DNA of 64,000 nt from Vermamoeba vermiformis (Eukaryota), in NCBI GenBank assembly GCA_045837725.1, contig JBEWZL010000064.1:62001-126000 (forward strand), given 5' to 3'. The notes beneath the pieces were generated by a model that ran no database searches, was not told the DNA's origin, and worked only from the letters and a program-made list of their open reading frames with translations. Position numbers and translations under genes: made by a program. Shown in pieces: positions 45,464-58,640 of the stretch (its first letter is position 1; the number at the start of each line of letters is the position of its first letter).

Positions 45464-48400
45464 TTATTTGCCGAACAAAGCAGAGATGGTGCGGGCCTTC
45501 TCTTGCAAGTCTTCACGTTCCAAAGCAAGACGGGAAGCCTCGTTACGAGCACGTTCGACTTCGTCCTTCAAGCCACGGATTTCGTCCTTGAGCTTGTTAA
45601 CCTCAAGTTCAGCCTTGCGCTTTTCGGCTTCAGCGTTGGCAGCACGATCTTGCTCCTCAACGAGTCTCTTCTTGGCGGTCTTAAGCTCGCCTTCAACTCT
45701 CTTCTTGGAGTCGGCGTCCTTGGCACCACCAGACTTGAGCAATTGAAGCTGCTTACGGGCATCAGCGGCTTCAGTCTCGGCACGTCGGCGAGCCTTCTCG
45801 AGCTTGGCGATTTGGTTGTTGAAGGTAGCAACCTTGGTGTTGAGGTCCTCAAAGTTGGCTTCAGCTTGACGCTTGGAGCGTTCAGCGTTGGCACGGCTGA
45901 TGCGCTCTTCCTCCAACAAGTCGCGGAGCTCAATGGACTCACGCTCGGCTTGTCTCTTGGCCTCCTCGGTGGATTCGCGGTTGCTAATCTCACGATCGAG
46001 AGCCTTGCGCATATCCTCGAGGGCGGATTGGTGAGTGCGCTTGAAGTTCTCCAACTCAGCCTTGCGGTCCTCGGCGTCATCAAGAGCGTCCTTCAAGTCC
46101 TCAACGGTCAAAGTGAGCTCACGGATGGTTTGCTCAGCCTTGGCCTTGACGCGTTCAGCATCATCGGCAACGTCGCGGTACTCCTCGAGTTGAACCTCGA
46201 TGGCCTTGCGGGACTTCTCAGCAGCAACGCGCAACTTGTGTTCTTGCTCGATCTGCTCAGTAAGGGCGTCAGCCTCTTCTTGGAACTTCCAGGCGAGTCT
46301 CTCTTGCTCGTCCTTCTCAAGAGCGAGTTGTTCGAGCTTCTCCTTGAGCAAGCGCAATTCCTTGGCAGCCTTCTTGCGCTCCTTCTCGGCCTTGGACTTG
46401 CCCTTGTCACCACCGTCGAGTTGAGTCTTCAAGGTCTTAAGATCTTGCTCGAACTTCTTGGCGTTACGATCGGCTTCAGTGCGAGCCTTCTTCTCGTTGT
46501 CAAGAGCACGCTTGGTGTCGGCGAGTTCCTTCTCGATCTCACGCTTGATCTCCTCGAATCTGTCACGAGCCTCAGATTCAGAGTCCAATTGCTTGCGCAA
46601 CTCAGAGATCTCAAGATCCTTGCGGTGCTTGATCTCTTCTAAGTCAGCACGAGCGTCCTCGGCCTCTTCGAGTTGATCACGGAGGTCTTGGAGTTCGACT
46701 TCAAGAGCACGTTGAGTCTTGCTGAAACCATCGCGAGCAGAGGCGCTTTCGTCGACCATATCCTTCAAGTCAGCGACCTCAGCTTCGAGAGCCTTGACGC
46801 GCTTCTCGGCGTTGACACGAGCAGCACGTTCGCGCTCAATTTGGTCCTTGTAGTCCTCAATCTCGTGTTGGATGCGACGAGCCTCTTCGTCAGAGAGCTT
46901 GCCACCCTTGCCTTGGTTGGCCTTGGCTTCCTTGAGCTCCTTCTCGAGCTTCTTGAGCTTCTTGTCAGCGGCAGCCTTCTCCTTTTGGGCGTTCTCCAAG
47001 CGACCAGCCAAGTCGTCAAGGTCAGATTGCAACTTCTTGCTGTTCTTGTCCTTGTTGGCTCTTTCACGAGCTTCGTCGTCCAATTGGCGGTGAGCATCCT
47101 CCAACTCGCGTTCGAGAGCGCGACGGGCCTCTTCGGCTCTTTCGCGGTTCTCACGTTCGCGGTCAGCAGCGCGGCGAGCCTCATCGGCTTCCATCTCAGC
47201 GCGGCGACGGAGTTCTTCAGCCTCTTCCAAAGCTTCAGAAGCACCGGCGTTGTCACGGAGGTCACGCAACTCGTCTTCCAAGTCGCGGACTTGCTTCTCC
47301 AAGCGAGAGCGGGCAGAGCCGTCCTCGTTGGCACGCTCAGACAACTCTTCGAGTTCACCCTCAAGTTGTTTGCGGATGCGATCGAAGTTGGCGTTCTTGT
47401 TTTGCAAGTCAGCGTTTTGGGCTTGGAGTTGATCGAGTTGGTCTTGGAGACGACGCAAGAGACCCTCTTGTTGGTCGACGGTGGCAGATCTGTCGGCAAC
47501 AGCCTTCTTGAGGTCCTTGAGTTCACCTTCGGCCTTCTTGCGAGCCTTGTCGGCCTTGCCAAGTTCCTTTTGGGCCTCATCAAGACGGCCAGCCAAGTCG
47601 TCGAGGTCGGCCTTCATCTTGTTGTTTTGACGTTGGGCGTCCTTCAACTTGTTGCCATCCTTCTCGTAGGCACCGCGCAACTCATCAAGTTCAGATTCCA
47701 ACTTCTTGATGGCTTGCTCAGCACGGCTGCGAGCATCGGCTTGGTCGTCGAGTTGACGTCTGAGTTGGTCAGCCTCGGACTCGTACTTGGCCTTGACGGC
47801 AGCAAGTTCCTTGTTGTCGTTGAGGTGAGCATCCATCTCGTCTCTGAGATCTTCCAACTCGTCGTGGAGGGACTTGGCCTTCTTGTCGGCGGCGGCACGG
47901 TTGGCCTTCTCCTCCTCGAGGGCGTCTTCGACCTCATTCAAACGGCTTTCAAGATCCTTGCGAACCTTGTCAGCAGCAGCGCGGGCCTTAGCCTCAGCTT
48001 CGAGATCGGCTTGGGCGGCATCGAGATCAGCAGCCAAACGACGAGCCTCCTTGTCCAAGCTTTGGGCGCGGGCGGATTCTTCGTCCAATTGGCGTTGAGC
48101 AGTCTTCAAGTCGGCTTCAAGCTTGCCCAAGCTCTTGCTGTTGCCTTGCAAGCCCTTCTCGGCGTTAGCCAAGTCGGCACGAGCATCTTCCAAGTCTTCC
48201 TCGAGTTGGCGGCGGAGCTTCTCGAGTTGTTGGTTCTTGCGTTGTTCCTCATCGAATCTTTCTTGGAGACTCTTGAGTTCAGCAGCCAATTGAGCCTTTT
48301 CACGCTCCAACTTTTGGATCTTGGCGTTGGCTTCATCGAGTTGACGCTTCAAGTCTTCAACAAGAGAGTCCAACTTGGTCTTGGCAGAGTAGAGTTGTTC

Positions 48401-51400
48401 GCGTTCCTTGCTTTCGGCTTCCAATTGAGCGTGAACATCTTCCAAGTCTTCTTGGGCTTGCTTCAATTTGCGAGCCAAGTCAACCTTGTCCTTGCCAGCG
48501 CTGTCCAAACCGCTAGAAGCAGAGTCGAGAGCGGATTGCAAGCTCTTCTTCTCCTTCTCCAAGTTAGCCTTGACCTTGTTGAGGGCATCAAGCTCGTCGC
48601 GGAGCTTGTTCATGTTGGCAGTCAAGTTCTTGATGCTATCCTCAGCAGAAGCACGGGATTGAGATTGGTCATCAAGAGATCTCTTGGTGTTGGCCAACTC
48701 GTTTTCAAGACCCTTCAAAGCCTTCTCGAGTTGAGTGCGGTTCTTGTTCTCTTCGTTGAACTTGGTGGTCAAGTCATCAAGTTCCTTTTGCAACTTGGCG
48801 CGTTGCTTCATCAAAGAGTCCTTAGCAGCGCTCTCGCTGTCCTTGGTGTTCAAGGCCTCGTCGAGATCGTGCTCGGCTTGAGCCTTAGCCTTGCGCAATT
48901 GTTCGATGATATTCTCATCTTCCTCCACGCGGGTACGCAAGTCCTTGAGGTCTTCGTCGAGTCTCTTCTTCTCAGAGAGAAGCTTGTTCTTCTCGGCGAC
49001 TTCACGATCAAGATCTTGAGCCAAAGCTCTGGCCTTGGAGTCGAAGTTAGCCTTAGCTTGTTCAGTGTTGCCCAAAAGGGAGAGCTTGTCCTTAAGCTCG
49101 TCTTCCAAGTCGGTAACACGTCGGTTGAGAGCCTTGAGTTGCTCCTCGGCTTGGTCCTTGCCGCCTTGCAATTCAGAAGCCTTTTGCTTGGTGGCGAACA
49201 AGTTCTTCTCCAACTCGTCGATCTTGCCCTTCAAGTTGTCGATGTTCTTGGTCAAACCGTTCTTGCTATCAAGCTCGGCCTTGAGTTGCTCTTGCAACTT
49301 CTTGATTTCTTCCTCACGCTTGGAGATTTCCTCCTCGAAGTTGCGGTGCTTGAGTAAAGGTCTAGCCTTAGTGAACAATCTGTACCAGGGCCAGTTCTTG
49401 AACTCCAACCAAGCACGGATGTTGCGTTGGATAACTTGAGCAGCGACAGACTTCTCTCTCTTCTTCTTGTAAGCCTTACGGGCGACGAAACCACGAGCAG
49501 CGGCTTGGATGGCAGGGATCAATTCACCAACCTTGCGCTCACGAGCTTCTTCAATAGCAGCCAATTGACCGGCCTTGAAGAAGATCTTGGTGAGACCCAT
49601 ACGGTATTGCTCGGGGTCGACGACCTTTTGGCTGACCATCAAATCAATCAAAGATTGAGTGGCGGCCTTAGAGTCGGCAGCACGACGAGGAACGTTGCTG
49701 GAGAGAATGTAGTATCTCTTCAAGAAGTCAGGGTAGAGAACTCTGTTGGGCCAACCCTTACGAGAGATTCTGATACCTTCCAAGACACCGTTGCAACGGA
49801 GTTGTTCAAGGACGATGCGGTCCTCGACCTTGCCGGGTTGTTGGGCGTGGTTGGGCAAGATGCAACGAATGAAGTGAGGGCTGGTGGAACCCAAAGTCTC
49901 CATCAAGTCGTTCAATTGCTCACGGTATTGAGCAGCGACAGTGACGAAAGAAGCACCCTTAGGGCCCTTGGAGGCGCGAGAGGATGAGGAAGAGCCAGCA
50001 GGCAGGTCCTTGCTCAAAGAGTACTCAGAGAACCATTGGCTCAAGTACTTGTCCTTAGCCTCAATGATCGAGGTTTCGAGATCGAGGGCCAAGGGGTCCT
50101 TGTTCTTCTCCAACCAGAGGGTGGTGTCGTATTCGACTTCACCGGCATAGTGTTGAACAGAGAAGTTGGTTTCCTTGCCGAGTTGGGGCTTGCGGAACTT
50201 GGGGTGTCTGCCTTGGTGGTTTTCGTTCAACTTGGTGAGGAAAGATTGATCGGTAGCCTTGGGGAAGACGGATTCTTCGTCCAACAAGATGAGGATACCC
50301 TTGGGTCTCTTCTCGATCAAATCGATAGTGGCCTGAGAGTCCATACCGAAGTCAATGAATTGCCAATCGATCTTCTCTCTCTTGTATTCCTCTTGTTCGA
50401 GGGTGAACATGTGGTGGTTGAAGAATTGTTGCAACTTCTCGTTGGTGAAGTTAATGCACAATTGTTCGAAGCTGTTGTTCTTGAAGATTTCGAAACCGGC
50501 AATATCCAAAATACCAATGAAGTTATCCTTGGGGACGACTTGGAGGGTGGAGTTGAGCTTCTCGACGACCCACAAGAACATACGACCGTAGAGGGCCTTG
50601 CAGAGAGCGTCACGAGAGGCACGAGCCTTGTCGAGGTTGAGGGTGGTTTGGACGAATTCCTTGTCTTTACCGACACGGATACGAGGACGCAACAAACCGT
50701 CTTCGAGTTTCTTGGGCTCAACCTTGAGCATTTCAGCGGCGGCTTCGAGTTCAACGCGATCCTTGAGCGAGCAAGCATCAGCACCTTCGGCTTGGAAGGG
50801 CAAGTTACCCATGTGAAGGATGGCGGAGATGACACGCCACATGTGGTCACGTTCGTCGGCATTGAAACCAAGAACTTCCAAGGCAGCAAGAGTGGCCTCG
50901 AATTCCTTGGCGTCATCCATACCGTTGACGGTGGTGCAGCCAGAGTTGTTCAAGAAGTTGTAGTCAGAGGCAGTGGTGAGCTTGTACTTGGCCTTGTCAG
51001 CGCTGGACAAACCAGTAAGGAGTTGGTAGAAGATGTGGAAGCTACGCTCTCCTTGACCTTGAGAGACGACACGAGACTTCTCGAGCAAGTAGACGACGAT
51101 CGAAGCACCAGAGATGAAACCGGATTTGTCGAAGGTGATCTTGATGAATTTACCGAAACGAGAAGAGTTGTTGTTCTTGTTGGTCTTGGCGTTACCAAGA
51201 GCTTCCAAGAGAGGGTTGGCTTGGAGCAATTGCTTCTCCAATTGACCCTCAGCACCAGATCGACCGGCAATGGAAGCCAAGTATTGAATAACCTTCTTGG
51301 TGTTTTCGGTCTTACCAGCACCAGACTCACCACTAAAGAAAAGATTTGTGAGTTATAATTTTCTCAACAGGAGGCAAAAAGATTTTTCCAAATCTAGATT

Positions 51401-52145
51401 TCGTAACAAAGTCGTAAAACGGTTTCTATTACTTACGTAATGAGCATAGACTGGTTCTTCCTGTCTTGGATCATAGCACGGTAAGCGTTATCAGCCATAG
51501 CGAAAACGTGAGGAGGAACTTCGTCCTTTCTCTTGCCGATGTAATGCTCAATCATTTCTTCGGTGTAGATAGGAATGCGTTTGTAAGGGTTAAGAGCGAC
51601 GCAGAACAAACCGGAGTAAGTCTGAATGAAAACCAGGTTAACTAACACGCTAACTAAATTAGAGTTAATTTCAACTTACGTAAATGATATCAGCATCGTA
51701 ACGAAGCTTCAAGTTGTACATGACAGCAGGTTCGTTCAAGTTAGACAAGGTAGCGCAGTCATCAGCACCATCGAAACGAGGAGGGTTCATTGCGTGAACA
51801 TCTCGATCGCGTCTGTAGGAGCCTTCCTAAATTTCAGACAGTTAGTTTGTGATACAGTTGAGTTGAGCAAGTTATTATATTAGTATCAAAGGGGTTAATA
51901 ATCCACGAGGTTATATTATTTGTGGTAAATTTTAAATTTTAAACCGCAATGTAACTCACCTGACCGGTCTCTTGGATGAGAACCTTGGTGTTGTCACCCT
52001 CTTCGCTGAGCACTTGAGCGGTATAGAAGGCACCTTTGCCATCAGGAACCCAGACGAAGGTCTTGTCCTTCTGTTGAATGAAGACGTGACCCTCAGGACG
52101 TCTGTATCTGAGGTATCGTTCGAAGTTGGAAAGGTCCTCCGCCAT
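45464..52145 (-). CDS. Myosin II heavy chain
   Basis: [54 protein letters not shown], two IQ motifs, WPWYRLF, long coiled-coil tail; three coding introns in the 5' part. Confidence 0.97.
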
Positions 52146-52774
52146 CTGGTAAAATAAGTTAGCGTTACGCTGCCCAAGGTACCAAATTGCAACCGGGATT
52201 GAACGTACCGTGTGGTAGTGTTTGATAAAAGTTGAGTGATAAACTGATGCCGAAGATTTTTTTTGTTTTTGTTTCTCCCACGCAATCTTTTTTGTGGGCT
52301 AAATCTTTTAGGCCAGATTTTTCGTTGGCCAATAGTTTCTCGTCAAAACCACGAGTCGGAGTGTGAATCAGAACGCACAATTTAAAAATTATTGTAGTTT
52401 ATACAACTGCCGAGACCTTGCTACCGGTCAACCAGCTCAGATCGGATGTACAGTTGCTAAATTTTCGCCAGCTTCATTCAAATTGCCAACAGTTGCGACA
52501 ACACGTCTCACAAAAAGATATGCACGGCGATTCGGTAAATTTAAAATATTAGGTGCATAGTTACTCTCCTGCGGACTTAATCTGGTAGAAAATTCAGACG
52601 GAGACGGGATCGCCCGTCTGTGTTACTTTATTCATGTTTGCAGACCACTTCCATTGCGCTTGCGCCCCCGCTTACTTCGTCGCGAATTAAGCCGCAATCA
52701 ACCGTTGATTTTTTGGCTTATGCGAGAAACCCGTGCAATACTTCGCCAACTATTATTGCAAGCAAACAATGCCA

Positions 52775-55351
52775 TTATTTATTTACAATATTAGAGAACG
52801 ATTGGACAGCGTCTCTAAAGGTCGCTTCGTGTTTGTTAAGCGAATCCAAATGTTGCTCAGCAAACCGCTTCTCGAATTTGAATTTTTGATTATTGCTTTC
52901 AGTTTCAAATAACTCTTCTATTTTCTTACTATCCATAGTGCTTAGCGAGTTCTGAAACTCAAGGCCAATCTTAGTTTGCCTGTACGCACCAGATCCAAAA
53001 TTAGCTCTTAATGTTGATGGAATTAAGATCAGGAGGTATATATAAAACTGCTTACACAGCAACCAACAGCGTATTGTAGCACTTTAACGAGACGTTGTGA
53101 ATAAACTTCGTTTTGATGGCGCGGAACACTTCGTTAGCCAATGCTGTAATGGATTTCGGATCTTCCGTTGGAGACACTTCTTTCTTGTTCGGATAGCTGC
53201 CAGAGAATAAGCAAGCTTATAATTAGAATATACTGGCTTACCTAAAGTTCTCCCAATACAACGCGCGGGTCGAAAAGAACTCCTCGCGACAACTCTCTTT
53301 GCACTGTGCCACGAGCTCGTTGATGAATGCGGTGCTCACATCGCGCAAGTGTGTGAAGAAGTGCGGGAAGTGAGTGATGATCAGTCCGCGAGTTTTATCT
53401 GCGTAGTGTTAATAGTACTCTCCCGTACTAGTTACATACTTTTGGTTGTCTTGCCTTGGTGATGTCTGATCACTAACTCACACGATCTCTTCACTATGTA
53501 AGCACATCGTACGAACAGTTGATCGAGCAAAGGATAGAACTGCTTGTGAGCATTGGCTCGCGCAGTCTCGCATGCCTAGTGAAGTCAGATTAGACGAGCG
53601 AATATGATAGTAGCATTACGTACAGTCCACGCGTGTCCTGATACATTGTTCAGCTTGTTGGGGCCTGAAGACGAGGCGAAATCATCCATCGACGCGTTAC
53701 TCAGCACTTGTAGCTCTATCACTGCTTTGAACTCTGCCAGCAACCGTTCAAACTGTTGTGCACCGTACACTCGCACGTTTTTGTGTGGCAGTTGCATCGC
53801 GTTGTAATTCACATCGAGCTTCTTGCCTTCACTGTCAAGCCACTCACCTGCCTCTTGGACCTCTTCACTGAGTGTTTGACCCGATTGAAGCGGATTAACT
53901 GCGTCATTGTTGTTAGATCGCCATCATTTTCTACACGTTGTACTTACTCTCAATTGATCCCGCGAATATTTTCTCAATGCTGTTATTCAGAGCGGCAGCG
54001 TGAGTGAGTGCTATTGACTTGAGCCGATCAACTTGCAGCTCTTGGAGTCGCGAGTCCCATTCAGAAATCTCTTCTTCGTATTTTTGTTTCGTGTGTCGTA
54101 TCTTATTTTGTGTTGTTGCAATCACTTCGCGATAATATTTCCAGGTGACATTTAACAGTGCTCGTCTGAAGTTGTGAATGCCAATGTGTTGTTCAAGTGT
54201 GCGATCATTCTTGAATTCAGTCTCTAGTGCATCAGTGTCAGACAGGTACAAGTTGTGCAACTTGTCACGATATTTGCTCGGGTCCAAGTGAATGCCGCGA
54301 TCTTTCACATCGAGCAGTGACAGAAAATATGCGCGGCCATGCGTGCCATCAATGATAGCTCTGAGGGCTTTGACAAATTCTTGCGGGTCATTGAATGACT
54401 TGCGAAATGTCTCGAAGTTGGTGTACACGAACAACGTGCGTTCTAAGCGCGGGTCTAATTTCTGCACAAAATCGAATGCTTTCATCTTGCTCCACTCTTT
54501 TGCTTCTTCAATGCATATAATAGTTCTATTGTGTGATTTGGCGAGTTCAACAACTGCGTGGCCATGTCAGTAATAAGTAAAACCGGATTCATGCAACCCT
54601 ACCTTTGCCCTCGATCTCTTCAGCGAGATTGACCTTGGACTGATCGGGGTTGAATATTAGTCCAGGTGTATCGATCATAGTCACGCTCCACAGGTCTTTC
54701 ATTTCAATTTGGATCTGTGTTGGTCCCGTGGCAGTCGAGTTCCTCTTTGCAATTTCAGCAGACATTTGTTTGATGTCAATGACTTGATCATTTTCTTTGC
54801 TGTTGTCTTTCTTCAATATGAATAGCGGAGATTTCGCTTCTTCTTTGTTCGTGACTTTGAAAAAGAATGGGCGCTTCGTCGAGGTACGTGCGCGGGAGTT
54901 AATGGTAAAATAACGAGGATATTGGGTCAATAGCGAGTGTGTTATTGTATTCAAGGATATCTTTGTTAACGTCGGTAAACATGGCACCAAGAATGGCTTC
55001 TAAAGCGGATGTTTTACCGCTTTGAGATGGACCAACAAATACGACCTCGGGGGCGGGAAATGCTATATTTAGTCTGGCAAAATTATTATTTAATATTATC
55101 GTTTAATATTAAATGGCACAGTACTTGTAAAACTCATTTCAATTTTGTAATTGATAATTAAATTTTGAGATCCGAAATGCGTAATCAATCAATGCTTACT
55201 CTTTTGTGACATGAACAATTTTCTTGAACGCGTCTTGAACTGGTGGAGCAAAATGAGGATAATCCAACCATCTACAAGGAATCGTTAATAAACTACCCTT
55301 GATCCACTTTACAAGCCAACTAATTATCATATCTGCATACCTATCTGACAT
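52775..55351 (-). CDS. Dynamin-related GTPase (DRP5A/ARC5/Dictyostelium Dlp clade)
   Basis: APEVVFVGPSQSGKTSALEA (G1), TSTKRP (G2), IDTPG (G3), RVYGAQQFERLLAEF. Confidence 0.85.
54888..54960 (-). other. U12-type AT-AC intron
   Basis: 5' ATATCCTT, branch-like TACCATTAAC, 3' CAC; removal restores NKG-TSTKRP in frame. Confidence 0.88.
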
Positions 55352-55609
55352 TTTGATTGTAGCTGTTAACACTTATATAAGTAGACGTTTGTTGTCGAGG
55401 GCTACAATACAGAAAATACGATGCTTTTGAGATTTCTTTCGAGATAATTTCGGCTGCTGACACTCCTCTCTGATTCACCACAGTTGAGGTACTACGACGT
55501 CGTAGGGTTGAAAATGTAGCTCGGGTAAATCTGCTTCGGGACTTTTCGGAGACGGCTGGCAGTTTTTCTTTTCATTTAAATTTTGTACACAAGACCAAGC
55601 GACATCCGT

Positions 55610-56790
55610 ATGTTTATTAAGAGAATGCTCGGATCAATTGCAATCGTTTTCTCAGCCACAACAATATTATTCGCAGCGTTGATCGTAACGAAACATCGAA
55701 AGCTGAAAAGAGAACTCAAAGAAGTGGATGTCAACAGTCTGAATCTCGAACGATACTCAGGTAATTAGGATTATTTTATTAATATCGATGTCATATAGAA
55801 TATTTTACGTATTTTATTTTCGAATCGACACGAATTTTACAATATTTTCAAATAATCTTTTCGAATTAGCCGTTGACTTCAGAGTTCAAGTTCGAGTGCA
55901 ATACATTCCTATGGCTTCATATTAATATATACTCTAATAGTAACAACACGAGTGGAGAATCTACCATACCCCTTCAAGTGGGCTATCGGTCGCATGTCTT
56001 TCTTTCCGACCCTGTTCTACAACGTGATTCTCGATTATTTCATCCCTGAATTGAACTGGTACTCGAGAATAGACAACAATATTATATTAGGTGCGTAATA
56101 TGAGGCCATTGGTAATTCGATTCGCAGCTGATCCGTTATTTTCTTGCAGGTGCCTTGCCGTTCTGGACCATTGTGCCTGCCCTGCATAAAGAAGGTATTT
56201 TGAGGCATAATATAGACGCTAATAATACTCTCAATATCACGATGGAATACCTTCAATATATATGGCTCGTGTACTAACCTCGTATTCTTGTCTGCAGGTG
56301 TGCGCGGAGTGATCAATACGTGCGAAGAGTTCGCAGGCCCACAACGCACGTACGCCAAGCACGGCATTACTCAGTTGCGCTTGCCGTGCATCGATTATTG
56401 CTCGCCCACTCTTGAACAGATCGAGGCTGCCATGAAATTCATTGCTGAATTCGTTAATAGAGGCGAGTCTGTATATAGTAAGTACTAGACTTAATGCGAG
56501 TATATTTTTAATAGTATCTAGTTTCTTAACGCGTCGTGCTGGCGTAGAAGATCCGTCATGATATTTACTTATTACTTTTTCTATTATCAGTCCATTGCAA
56601 GGGAGGCAAGGGTAGATCAGCGACGGTAGTCTTGGCCTATTTGATGCAGTACCAAGCCATGACCAGACAACAAGCCCAGCGCTTCATGATCAGCAAGCGT
56701 CGTCAAGTGAGTCGCTATTTGTGGCAGCGCAAAGTGCTGGTGGAATTTGAGAAGAAATATGACTTGCCTCGCGAGAGGTATAGAGATTAA
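55610..56790 (+). CDS. PTPMT1: PTPMT1-like dual-specificity / phosphatidylglycerophosphate phosphatase
   Basis: FFPTLFYN, WYSRIDNNIILGALPF, VRGVINTCEE, QLRLPCIDY, VYIHCKGGKGRSAT. Confidence 0.85.
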
Positions 56791-56971
56791 GGCCAATGTT
56801 AACTACAACACGTGCTGATTAACTCTTGGATCACGTGCTCGCGAACATTTGTCTTAGGGTCGAATAATAAATTATTCATTTGCTTTGTATGTAGGCACAG
56901 TAGTGCATGTTATACAAATGTCATATTTTTAATGAGGTGGTCAACAATTAGGAATAATTAAAGCAACCAGC

Positions 56972-58591
56972 ATGGATCTGCTTATGTCAGCATACGGTGA
57001 AAGCGACGACGAACAAGAAGTTAATAAAGAGCTCCTAAATAATGATAATACCGAAGATACAACAGTGAATAAGACGAGTGAGCGCATTGAAGAGAAAAAC
57101 AATAATAATTCATTACTTGGTAATTATTTTTTTATTCTTTTAGCTAACCACCTCATCAATTCAATTAGTCGATTATTTTATAATTTAGCTAAGGCATTCA
57201 AATATTAGATCCGACACAAAAGAAACGTAAAATTGACAGTCCGTACGAGAATACATCCAACAAACGACTAAAAATTGAGTGCACCTCTCGTACCTGCAGT
57301 GCCTGGTCGATATATTAGCAAAAGAGAACGCGAGGCAATGAAGGTAAACAAAAACACGAGGGGATTATGTGTTGTGACTGATCCACTTCACGCTTGTAGG
57401 GTGCAGACACAAGTCATATTAAAAACACATTACTGTGCGACAACACTGCGGCTCTTCAACGGGATATCGCACTTCATATTCAAGAGGCATTGAGTAATGT
57501 ATGAGTGTTGTAATAACACGTCAAACTAGCGTACTCACTAACAGGCTTACATCGCAGCCACTGCCCAGTCACCTCCCCACACGCAGCACATTTCAGCGCA
57601 AGTTGTACTCCTCCGCCGTTAGTGCAACACGTTGGAGACCAGTGACTGGCACACTGCTGGCCACGAGTTCATTAGACGGAAGTGTCATGTTACTCGATCA
57701 CAGCGGTACTGTTGTGCGGCACTTGACGCACTCAGCAGCAGTGAAAGATGTACAGTGGCATATCAGCGGCGAGCACGTGATCAGTGGAGGATTCGACAAA
57801 AGTGTGCGAGTGACAGATGTCAACACGTGTCAAGTGACCAATCAGCTCTCACTTCCTGAATACATCACGTGCATTAAACCACATCCCAGTGAAGCTAATA
57901 GCATTGCGATTGGCACCTTCAAAGGCGGGTGTGAGTGTTGGGATTTGAGGACCAATGAGTGAGTACTTCAAAACCGACACATTGCCGTACTAATATATTC
58001 AGGGCATCAAAAGTGTTCAAAGGTCTGCACGGCAACTTACAAGGAGTGGAATTCATCAACGAGGGCATGCAGCTTGTCACGTGTGCTGAAGTGACCACTC
58101 GAAATTCAATGGACAAAGCAGTGATGGTGTGGGACTGGGAGGCAGTAAGTGCATGTCTCACCAATCTATCAGTTCAGTTGTAACCGTCATGTTGACAGGC
58201 AGCACCGCTCTCGAACCAAGTCTATCACGAGTCGTACACGTGCACTAGTGTCAAGCGACATCCATCTTCATCACACTTCCTTGCGCAATCAAATGGTGGC
58301 TACATTGCGATATTTTCAGCCAATTCACCGTTCAAGCTGAACAAACACAAGAGATTTGAGGGCCATCAAGTGACTGGATTTAAAGTTGGATTTGACATCA
58401 GTTCTGACGGGCAATATGTGCTGTCGGGTTCTGCTGATGGACAGATGTACTGTTACAACTATCAGTCCGCTACATTGGCGAGAAAATTGCGAGTGTCAAA
58501 TAGTCCAGTGACGGAAGTGGCGTGTCATCCAGTGCTCGAGTCGCTTACTGCTTTTGGCACGTGGGATGGAACAATCAGCTTGTGGCAGTGA
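56972..58591 (+). CDS. WDR25: WD40 protein WDR25-like
   Basis: MDLLMSAYGESDD start, PGRYISKRER, FLAQSNGGYIAIF, KLNKHKRFEGH, WDGTISLW. Confidence 0.8.
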
Positions 58592-58640
58592 TAAAAACGA
58601 ATTTACATTTATTAGGTGATATTTATTACAAGACAATGCT

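Noticed and set aside
45503-51358. Long + strand ORFs (379, 894, 440 aa) opposite myosin II
   Set aside because: Antisense shadows: biased codon usage avoids TTA/CTA/TCA, so few antisense stops; L/V-rich nonsense products
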